Assembly: GCA_036172245.1 (NCBI GenBank)
Contig: JAYWIR010000006.1
Span: 620,001 to 684,000 of the forward strand
Direction: 5' to 3'
DNA: 64,000 nt
Source of the DNA: Raillietiella orientalis
Taxonomy: Eukaryota
Below, piece after piece: positions 12,301 through 22,936 of this stretch (its first letter is position 1; the number at the start of each line of letters is the position of its first letter). The position numbers and the translations under genes were made by a program. The notes under the pieces are model-generated. The model did not search any database and was not told the origin of the DNA. It saw only the letters and a program-made list of their open reading frames with translations.

Positions 12301-15300
12301 ACTTCCTTACAAAGTTCTCGGACACGGGGAGGGGAAAAATCGATGCCGTTCCTCTCGGAGGAGGAAGGGGGGGGCTAAGTAAGGAAAAGAAAGAGAAATT
12401 CATAGCCGGGACCTACACAGGACAAGGGTGCTGCGTTGAAAGCTCATTGTAGGCAACGGTAATTAAGAGCCGAAGAAAAACAGATGGTCTTGTTTGCCAC
12501 AAGCATGCGTCGAATAAGCACACATCCTCCGAGGAAGCTGCTCCAGCAGAATAACAAACGCTTTCGAGGAATTTTCCCATCTGAAGCTTTTTTGGGTAGC
12601 CTGAACGTGAAAATGGAGTTCATGCCAGTGACAGAATTTTCCCAACTAAGGTCCAACAGCCTTCTTCCGCAATTGGTTCCCCGCAAATCCCTTGAGCTCA
12701 TTAAGGAACACGAGACAGCATCGAAGGACATCGGATCTGCAGGAAGGAATCTCAAGACGAGTAGTCAGCACACTTTCACTTGCTTCTTGAACCGCAACCC
12801 TTCCGTAGGAACAGAAGCAATGTGAATAAAGCAGCTGCTTTAGTTGCCCGGGGGGGGAACTAATGACAGCAGGGCCGGCCAAGTATGTCTCAAGAAAGGA
12901 CAGCCGAGAAGAGCCCCATCTGTTTGAAAAGAGAGGCGGATTGAAAGCACGGGGACGCTACTGACGTTGGTAACGCAGCAACGACTCAGGTGGTATTTAC
13001 CTATGGAGTGAACGCAAGAAGGGTCTGCTGGAATACTTGGCCGTATCTCAGGCTTCCTTCGGTGTTTCCCAAAAAGGGAATGTACGTCTTCTGCTTCGCG
13101 CCCCGTTCCGTCGATGGGCAAATCCCTGACTTTCTCAGGCTGTAATCGCTGAAAGATGGAATTCGGGAAGCGAAAAGAAATGAAACAATTAGAAGTCCCC
13201 GTCACACAGCTTCCTCGAACGGGCCAAGCCATTAACGTGAAAGATTAACTTTGGTTTCCCAGATGCTCCTTAAATATCGAAAGCACTTTCGTTCCCCAGG
13301 GACAGGAAGTAGCACAATAAATTCATTGGTTGATTTTTGCCGAGCAGCCTGGACCGTAAAAACGATATCAGAAGCTGTATGGAGGCGATTCCCTTGTTTT
13401 GAGAATCTGCTCGTTTATAGGTTTGGAAAGCGCGTCTCGATACATCCGTGTTCTGAGCTCATTAATGGCAATCAATTTCACATTCTGAGGTGCTTCTCCT
13501 CCGAACAGAAGAACCTTTACTTAACCTCGCCTCCAAGAGTCCTCTCTGCATTCGAAATGCCGTCCTCGCCATGTGGTTCGCATGCTGCAACAGAATGTCA
13601 CTCCGGAGCGGAGGTTTGAACTGCAACTCAAGACATGGAGAAACTCGAGACCCGAACCTGCAAGTTTCTCAAAAAAAAAAAAGAGAGAAAAAAGAAAAAA
13701 GCCAAAGCAAGACGAAAAGCAGCGGAATCCAAAGCCCTCATCACAGGGCAGTCAGGAAATGTACATGGAGGCAATCCATGATAATACTGAGTAATCGTGC
13801 CAGATCATCATAATTACAAGTTAAATGCACGAAACTGAAAGAAAAAGATTCAAAAGGAAATAAAACACTGCCGCATGACGAAGGCAAAGCCCACGAGCTG
13901 CTTCATCACAAGGCTAATAAATGTCTGAGAAGTTTATCCTCATCAAGTTTGCTCTAGAGCAGCCATGAGGAACCTTTCTGTTGCAGCGGCCGCACGCCCG
14001 TTTAAGACGTGTGGCTACGGGTTGCAATTTTGTACACAGCGAATGCCAATTTCTCACATGTGAAATTTACAGGAGCCAATCTCCCTTTTCGTTCGTTTTT
14101 TTTTATATCAGTTATATCAATGCCGCCACCCTACTATTACTGGAGTTACCAATGCTGGAGGTAGGCCCAAAGGGAGACGGATGAAAAGAGGAGTAAAAAT
14201 CAGTTTCCCTCGTCAGGCAGTATTTGCATTCATGAGATTCGAAACAAAACGGTTGCAGAGGAGAGGAGAAAAGATCAGAACCCCAAATGAAACCTTAGCA
14301 ACCAGTTGTTTCCCGATCGGATCAAACTGTCAGGCGGATTTCAAGAAATATGTCTCCCCGGGAAACAATTTCAGGAAATTCTCGAGGTCGCCATAAAAAA
14401 GCGCTGAGGGCTAAAGGTTCTCCACGGCTGCTCAAGAGTACGGCATGTCATTTGATGAGAATGTATATCGGAAGAGTTCGGATGTACTGCCCTCTTTTCA
14501 TCTTTTGTCCTGCGTGAGATCCCGTTCTCCAAAAAACAAAAAAAGTTACATAAAGGAGCCTCCTTCCCATTTTTTTTTGATAGATTGGATTTTCCACGTT
14601 AAAAAGAAAGATGTGCCGCCGGAGGCTAAAACTCTCCCGCAGTAAGGAGCGTGCTCAAGACGGCGTGATTCCGAAAAGAGACACAGTTTTGAAGTATGCT
14701 TCCTAGATGGCAGTGCGGGAGACCCAAAAACACAAGGAGGAACAATCGTGCCGATCTCGAATATTCGCGAATTCTCTTTTCCTCCGGCACCAGTTTTTAA
14801 TGATATAGGAACGAGCCTACGTCCTCCGATTCGCGGTGCCGCTGCTATTTGGGAACCGTTTGAAACCGAGGAGAGATAGCTCTGTCATCCACCTTTTCCA
14901 CAGAAACGCTTCCTCGGAACGCCTACAAGATGACTAGGGTAGCTGAAAACCTCAGGCATTGTTTTCGAAGAGTCTGCTGTGCCAAAGTGATGCTGGAAGC
15001 ACACATCATACCGTTTCTTTTGGTGGAGCAACTAGGGTCTCTATGAACATTCCGGGTTTCTAGGCTGGGGTGTGATGGGAGCTTCCAGATTCCGATTGAT
15101 TCCATCCATTCATCAAGAGGCACGTTTCTCAGCGCTCGCTGATGAAAGTTGCCGAGGGCTGGAACAGAACGGGCTGCTTTCCAAAAGTTCCAGCTGGGAG
15201 CAAGCCGCTCTTCTACGAGGTCTTGGCTTCTCCCATTCTCCTACGAGTGATCTTCTAAGTACGAACTCAACACAGGGTGTCGAGATAACGAAGTTTTCTT

Positions 15301-16569
15301 ATTAGGGGTCCCACGCCCGCGAATGCCTTCATTCTCGAGGGCCTTCCGGTCTCGAGAGTTTGGAATTTGCTTTGTATGATCGCGGAATCCCAACGGAACG
15401 GGGGATTGCAGTACCTTCATAGCCTGAAGTAGTGTTTCAGGTGCTCGACAGGGGAATTCCAGGCTGCCAAGTCTTCAAACCTCTTGCTCTTTCGTACACT
15501 TGTCTGTTTGCTTTCTTGTTCCTCGTACAGTGCAACCGGAAACGAAGAAGATCTCGCCAGAGCTTTTTTTTTTTTTTTATGCATATTTTTTAAACCTGAA
15601 CTTTTCTAAAGAGATCAAATGGAAGGTGTCCGAAGATCAAAGAGGAAAGGAACAGGAACTAAGATTCTCAGCATTCTGCATGTGGCAACGAGGATAGTTC
15701 GTGCGCTTTTCTGAATGCCCTGGAAACACCCTTTGGATCACACCATTGCTGTCCCAATTTCCCACATGAGTTTCTTTCGTACACCTCTGAAGCCATTTTG
15801 GAGAGTCGAAGCTCTGATATGGGGTGCACTCGAATTACCATCAGAATGATGGACAGCATATTTGACCCCGCCGAATATACCTTTCAAAGACAACTCCGAC
15901 GAGCATATGTGAGCTCCATTCGAGACGCCATGTTGCTGCTCCTATGACGTCCGGTCACGCAGGAGTGTCCGTCGAAACTGGTAGGAAGCCTACCAGTTTC
16001 AACGAAGCGCTGCAAAGAAAAAAATAAAATAAAATAAAGCAGATTGTGACACTCGTTCCTTCCAAAGCCTGGAAGGTCCTGGATGAGCAGTCGTGAAGCC
16101 AGTTGACTTGCAAGTAAGTTCCCGTCTTGGAGAAGGAGGGTAAGGGGTATCGGATGAAGAAATAAAAGGAAAATTTGGAGGAGGAAAGGGGAAGGATGGC
16201 ATCCCGTTGTCCTCCTCACGAAGGCAGTCATTTTGTTGCTGCCGTTCCCGTCACATTGTGGCTCGACTACTCCGCAGAGCCAGCAGAGGAAGGGGGAGGG
16301 TATTGCTTTGCGCGCGAAGAGGAGCGCCAACACGTCTCCGGAGCTGTCTTCTGGGAATAGTAGGGCTGTTGGCAGGTTCTTCCGCATCCTTTGGGAGGGG
16401 GAAACACAATCCTCAAGCACGTACAGGGATTCTGAGCATGTAGGGTAGCGTGGATCCTCTTCTCGTACCGTACTACAGGCGAGCCCTGTAGTTCGGAAGG
16501 CCCCAGTGCAAAAGCAGCGTGCTGCTGCTGCACCCAGCCGGAGGCACCCTTGGGGAACGGACACAGTTC

Positions 16570-17050
16570 GTCTAGCCGTCCGACCTCCAAGGAGTTTCAT
16601 GATGCCCTAGATGACTCCCCCAACTTCCGGGCAGGTCTCGGCCAGGTCTATGATAACACGTGTCCACTGACTCCTGTCGGCAGGCGCCATTGCTGCTCCT
16701 TCGGACGTAAGGACTGCCATTTTCTGATAGCCGCGTTCCTCTTGTTGATGAACACAGGAAGAACCACATGACAGTGAAGTGGAGATCACAGATCTCTCCG
16801 AACACATCCGGAGCTGCAGGAAATAGGTTGAACGTGCCTTCGAGAGCATCTTGCTCAAGGATTCCGGTGCTAACGTCGTCTGCAGCCTCAAAGCAACAGC
16901 TCCTATCCCTTTCATCATGACGCGCTGCTGTTTTTCATTAGTTGAAAGGTTATGGGTCCATCAGTCCCCTCCCTCCCAATCCAAAATGTCGAGGAATGTG
17001 TGTCCTGATGTCGTGCGTGTGTATGTGTTTTTTACCTTCCTGAGAGTATC
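16570..17050 (-). mobile_element. Possible decayed hAT-like transposase remnant
   Basis: Frameshifted peptides HTTSGHTFLDILDW, MMKGIGAVALR, EQDALE, FINKRNAAIRKWQSL and QWTRV are loosely in hAT catalytic-region order. No decisive motif. Confidence 0.22.
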
Positions 17051-18572
17051 GGCTTTTCCGAAGAATTCCGAGGGAAGCACCTTCGATGAACATCTCTCGA
17101 GACATCAGGGTGGTGTGTTCATCATTCCCCCGCCAATAAATTCGGTAGAGTGAGACGCCCTTCGAGTTAAAAATTTCCCATTTCGTGGGTTAGGTGGAAG
17201 AATTGCATTGTGAAAGATCGTTCCTCACGTTACTCCCTTTGTGTGGCATGGGTCATTAAAAATACCGAGGAAAGGAAGGAGCGCTGCAATTTTCATATGG
17301 GCCCTTCCAGAATCTTCCACATCCACACCGGCGAATCCGAGTCCAACAAGCTTTCGCGATGCCCCGGAAGAAGATGTACACGCATTTTTTTTTTTTTTTG
17401 TGTTTATAGCCTGACTTTGCTTCGTACTTTATTTGACACGCTCAGGGGATGAAGACTGCTATTGAGTCTTCGAGATTTGAAGCCCAGGATGAAGGAAAAG
17501 TAATGGAAAACTCATTCGAAGGCGCGAATGGGCCATCCGCGCTAATTGCTATGGGAAGACACATGAAATACCGGGCTCCGGAGAGGAGATACGAAGGCAC
17601 AAATCAAACGCGACTTTTTCTTGGCATCAGCCATCTTCGAACGGCAAGTGATATGCAGCAGCAGCAGCAACCCATCCCGCCCTCACCACAGCCGCGTGCA
17701 CACGCTCTTCGGACGTGCGTTTCCTGCTCGACAAGCTCACGTTGCGACGAAACCATCGTGATCACAAAAGAAAAAAAAAAGAGAGAGAGAGAGAGAAAAG
17801 GCACTGTATAGAGAAAATGACGTCTTCACGAAGCGAAACGCATTCCCGGTGCAGCCCCAAACAACCGGTGCACCGACGTTTCCCCACCGTTCAGCATTTC
17901 TTCCGTCATCCCGCTGCAAAATCCGAGCCGAAAACTCGCAGATCTGTGAGGTGCATGACTGAAATTGGGTCATTTGTCTCACCGTTTAATGCACCTCTGG
18001 GCAGATGGAATCGATTCCGGGACGTCGCGGCTAATTCGGGACGTCGGAGTGGTAATTTTGGAAAAGTTTCTTGCGCGACCGCCGAAGGAACGAGTTTGGA
18101 CTTGTTGAAAAACGGATCCGTGGGACCCACGGAATCTGCTCTCCGAAAATGCAACGGCTCCGTCGCGGACGCAGCGATCAAAGACGAAGAGCTGCGAATG
18201 CCTCGACGGCTCGAGAGGCAGCAGCGGCCCTTCTTTCGCAGCCAGCGAACGACTTTTCCTTTCCTTTATTTTTTTCCTTTTTTCCACCCCCCATCCATCG
18301 CTTTACTCCCCATTCTGGGGAAAGGCTACCTTGGAAACCGTTCGCAGCTGAGATCTGCGAGCTGAGATCAAGCAGATAGCCGGGCAGAAAACAAGCGGCA
18401 AGGAGCCGGACGTCTTTCAGCGATCAGGGAGCGGCGAGCGAGCAACGTCGAGGCACGTTGGACTGTCCCTCGTGGCCGAATAGGAGGCTCAAAGCATAGC
18501 CCGTGGACACAAAGGGAACTGCAGACGAGAGACAGGATGCAACCACGTCTTCATTCCCGCTGCTACCAGCTG

Positions 18573-18937
18573 CAGTGGTACCTCGGTACTCGTCGGTAAT
18601 TCGTTCCGGGACTCGCGACGAGTGACGAAACAGACGAGTACCGAACGAGTTACTTTCCAGGCTTCGTGGTATCATTTTTAACCATTCTAGGACCCAAGAT
18701 TAGAGCTTAAGGTGCACAGAAAGCACACAAAAAGGAAAGATCCGGGAGGCACTCCACAGGAGTGTTTGGCACTGTTCGCGAGCCACCATGAGACGAGAGC
18801 GTTCATCTGTTTCATCACGAGTGGGGTGTCGAGTTGCGAGAATGCGTCGAGTGTCGAAGCATTTTTTTTCCTCTTCAAAATGCGACGAGTACTGAGTTTG
18901 ACGAGTTCCGATACCGTCGAGTACCGAGGTACCACTG
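18573..18937. mobile_element. MITE with 26-bp TIRs, Tc1/mariner-pogo type
   Basis: Left CAGTGGTACCTCGGTACTCGTCGGTA vs reverse complement of right end CAGTGGTACCTCGGTACTCGACGGTA (25/26). TA follows the right end and TG precedes the left (possibly a mutated TA TSD). Internal GACGAGT sub-repeats; no coding capacity. Confidence 0.88.
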
Positions 18938-19576
18938 TATCTTAGCGACTCGCTTTTACTTCTTATTTGCCTTTTCCATTTTGGAATCCAGCGGCAGCGT
19001 TCTTTAGCTTCAGCGTGATTCTTCGGAGATTCATGCCCGGCTTTTTATCGGGAATCAAAATGACGTCGACTCACAGTGCCTTTCCTTAATGTGTGTCCGG
19101 TCTGAAAAGGTGGGCGCACGGAGGGTGCTTCCGCACGCACACCGGGAAGACGCGGAAAGTCAGCATGAGAAGCATCTCCTGGTAGTCAGCACGAAAGGAG
19201 TCTCCCGACCTGGACCTGCTGGGCTCTCTCCTGCGCATGGATCCTACGAAGGATGCTCGCATGTCCAGAGGGCCTCTGGCGCACTTGTCCGGCATGCACA
19301 GGGGGAAGACGCAAGCACGGAGGCGACGACGGTGGCGACTTCCACGAGGGAGAGTGCGAGGCTTTCGGGGGGAGGAATCGCTCCGTTACTCCCGCGAATC
19401 GCAGAAGGGCACGAAGGTTCCATCCGGTCGAAGAGGACGATGCGAATCCCGAGCCGGCACAGCAGGGCAACTTGAAGATGGGTCGCCAGTCCCGCGTCGC
19501 CTCGCCTCATCCTAGAAAGAGCGGTCACCTTTGGAAGTCTTGTGCGCTTCCCCTAGGCACTCTGCACCGAGAGCGC

Positions 19577-19590
19577 GCTTCCATGGCAAC
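19577..19590. promoter_or_regulatory. RFX X-box-like motif
   Basis: GCTTCCATGGCAAC matches the relaxed GYTNYY-AT-RRNAAC consensus; ~3.1 kb upstream of the unc-80 start. Confidence 0.3.
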
Positions 19591-20299
19591 TGCTTCAGTT
19601 CGTTTCTGCCGACGGCTGGAGACTGCGCACCCTTTGCGAAATGGAAAGGACGGAAAGAGCTTCCGCAGATGGGGATGGCACGCCTCCATGTGACCTGTGG
19701 TTCCGATTTGCATCTGCCTTGTGGTCCTCTTCCTCGAAGGGGGCGATCTCGGAAGTGCTGAGATGTGCCAGTTCAATCTGCTGCAGGAAAGGATCAAAGT
19801 TCAAAGCATCCCGCCCACTTCCGGAAAGTAGTTCAAAATACTGGCCGCTAGATGGGCGGTTCTTCAGATACAAAGCTGACGGGAGCAGACGCACCCGCAA
19901 GCAAAAAGGGGAAAGATAACAGGGAAGAGGACGGGCTCTCCCTCACCATCTTTGTGTCTTTTTTGGCAATCTGCCGTGCCGACGACGGGATTGCGATCTC
20001 GAGCGCTTGCCGGAAGAGGCAGCCAGGATCCTCCGAAGAGAAGGGTGGAGGGAGAAGGGAAGGAGAGACACTCTTCGACCGGCAGCGCACCCGCGGCTCC
20101 TCGCGACTCACCCATCTCTTCGCCCATGCGGAAGAGGCCGCTCTTCGCCTTGTCTTTCGCTGCCCGATCCCGCAAAAGGGAGCTGTAAGATCCCGGGACC
20201 GGCCCCCGTACCCATGGTCTCCTTTCGTCGTATCCGGAGCATCAGCAACCCAAGAGGAAGGCAGCCGACTGCAGTGCTCGCAGTCGAGGACGCTTCCGT

Positions 20300-21880
20300 C
20301 TTGAGCACCGAAACAGAACCGCCTTTCTGGGTAGAAGTCCACGTTGAACTACGATCCCCAACTCTTTAAGTCGAGGGATGACCCCCTGAGGGGATCACGC
20401 TATGAATCCAGGAAGAGAGAGGCGGCCTCTCTCTCACGCTTGGTAGGGAACTCCGAAGGGAACCTTCACCCTAGTTGTCTCCGGAGAGACCCCTCGGAGG
20501 GGACCACTTCTCATTTCTTTGCCGGAGGGAACCCGCAAGGGAAACGCTCTCTCTTTCCTCCTCCCCTGAAGAGAACCCGGAAGGGACGCTTCCACATTTC
20601 TCTGAAGGGTGCTTCTTACACTCCGAAGGGATAACCCCGAGGAGGGTGTCAAACAGCTCCATGGTACGTCCCCATTCTCACAACCGGAGGGAACGCCGAA
20701 AAGAACCGGGGCTCCTCGATTCCCGAAAGGACCCCGGAAGGTCCACTTCCGATCCCAACCAGTCAACGGGGACATCCGGTTTCCGGCTGCTTCCACCAGT
20801 ACCGTACCACTACCCTCCCTTAGGGAGCACATGGACAGCAGCCCTAAGGCTAGATAGGAGAAGGTTGCTGTGGAAATCTCCTGAAGGAGGCAAGAACTGG
20901 GCGATTGGGCGACGGGCTAGCCCACCGACGCTACGACCTCGATTGCTCAACGTTGTGAACTTTTGCTCTAAGGTGTGCTACTGAGTATTCTAGAGGAAGA
21001 CCTGCAGTGGATCCCGGTGCTCATGAATACCCGTACCCTCCCCTTGAAGTGGCGGGAGTTAGCGTTGATACCGCTGTACTGGGGCCTCCCGTGCAACGCC
21101 CGCCAGCATCATTGGTTACGAGGGAGAGGGATGGATTCAAACTGTGCAAGGAGTAGGAAACAAGAATCCCTCCTGCACCTCCGAGTGAACTGTGTTGCCC
21201 TCCAGCCCCTTTGGGGACGCTTTGCCGCGACCGTTGGAACCCCGTTTGCAACGCCAGAGACGTTTTAAAGCGCCTCTTCCAGCGCGACGCTCTCACGCAG
21301 GCCACATCCCCAATAGCCACGAGCTACGATCCCGTGGCTGCATTAAGCAACGCCAGAGAAAGCCAGAAGGACAGAAAAACATCCATTTTGCTGTCCTCTT
21401 CATGAGGACAGCGTCAAGATGGCCTCGTCTGGGAGTGTTGAAAAAGGAACTTGCGGGCATCCTTACAAGGATGCAGAGGATACCCGTCAGCACTTGGTAA
21501 TCCCTTCCCAAACCCCCTCCCCCTTTTTTGACTGTATGTTTTCCGTTTTATTTTTTTCTTTTTGTTTGTCTCTTCTTCCCCTTTGCTTCCGAGGCGAAGC
21601 CCACTGGCCTGCGCGCCAGTTCTCGGCAGGTCCCTTCTCGTTGTTATGAGTAACGCGGCAGAATCAAACATCCTACCACAGACATGTAGATTTTCAAAAT
21701 AAACGCCCCGCCGTGACCGGGTGTCAACCAGTGCCGCACCCGAAGCCAGTCGAGATCAGCCAGCTTCACCCTGCAGGGAGGAGGGGGTGACTCGAAACGA
21801 CAACGGCGTTGGTCCTTCCCTGGGAGGAATTTGAATCCGCAACGCTTGGTACCACGCGTGAAGACTGCAGCCACATGGCT
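20300..21880 (-). mobile_element. tRNA-headed SINE-like element, copy 2 (head ~21725-21880, body ~20300-20810), split by a LINE fragment
   Basis: Reverse strand reads cacgcgtggtaccaagcgttgcggattcaaattcctccc (degenerate T-arm). The body ccccgttgactggttgggatcggaagtggaccttccggggtcc...ctggattcatagcgtg matches copies 1 and 3. Confidence 0.72.
20810..21722 (+). mobile_element. 3' fragment of the same Tx1/L1-clade LINE family, copy B
   Basis: EDLQWIPVL...LYWGLPCNARQHHWLRGRGMDSNCARSRKQESLLHLRVNCVALQPLW (zf-RVT-like). T-rich 3'UTR, AATAAA at ~21698, and terminal cgccccgccgtgaccgggtg matching ctccccgccgtgtccgggtg in copy A. Confidence 0.72.
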
Positions 21881-22682
21881 GCCAATAGGAAGAGGCCCCC
21901 GTGGCTGCCACGAACCCAGGATGGTCAGTGAGCCGTTCGACGAACGTTTTGAGGAGACGTGCAAGTCAGCTGCAGGAGCAGCTGCGCCCCGTTTGGGAAG
22001 ACGCTCTCATCGGTGGGAAGTAGGGAGGGAAGGTTTCGGAAGGAAAGAAGGGGATGCGCTCGGGGGGTGACCACCGCACTCTATCGAGATCGCGACTTTT
22101 TCGCGACGCGCACCGGAGCAGCCAGATGGCACCGATGGTGCTCGCGAGCGCCCTTCCTCCGAGCTTCACGGACAGATGACCCCTCCAATGCCAGGGTTGA
22201 AGGGTGGAGGATGCGGGAGAAGGAGGAACAGACGGGGGAGGATGGGGTGAAAATTGCGCGAAGGTTCCACCCGGTCAAAGAGAACGATGTGAATTCCGAG
22301 CCGGAACTTTGCGCTCCCAGGGAATCGTAGAAGACGCTCCGTATCTGCGCGCACACGCGAACCGGGACGTCCTCGCGGATGCTCGCCGTTCCTTACCCGT
22401 CCGCCAGCAGCCAGGCGACGGGAATTGTCTCTCGGAAACGAGGTAGATCGGGAGGGGATACTGCGCCTCGCGGGCTCTGCAGCAGTGGCTCCTATAGTGT
22501 GCGCGTCCTCCCCTCTCTCCCCCCCTCTCTCTGTCTCTTTCTGTGTGTGTCCCACCCTTTTGTTCTGCGTCTTCCCTCCTCCCCCCCTTCCCTTCCCCCT
22601 TCCCCTAAAAGTGACCCGGGGCTGACCGATGCCGGTGCCGAGAAGCTCGGGTCAAGGGAGTGATGTGCTGAGGGATGGCACC

Positions 22683-22936
22683 ATGAAGACTCCAGAGAGG
22701 AAGGACGAAGCCGCGCTCTTCGTTCCCATTCCGATACAAAACTTCTTCTGGATTCAGTCAAGGTCAGCAAACAGAAACCAAAAAAAGAAAGAAAAAAAAA
22801 TTGCTTGTGGCCTCGTTCCGCGCCGCCCAAGATGCTCGCGTCCATCTGTAACCCGGCCTGACCACTGGTTTTTTTTTCTTCCTCTTTCAGTCGCTTCACG
22901 CAGCCCCTGAAGGACGAGAGAGACCCTCACATATCG
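22683..22936 (+). CDS. unc-80: unc-80 coding exons 1-2 (22683-22762, 22891-22936)
   Basis: MKTPERKDEAALFVPIPIQNFFWIQS|SRFTQPLKDERDPHIS; AG|gtcagc donor, tttcag acceptor, TCG|gtaagc donor; phases are compatible. Confidence 0.85.
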
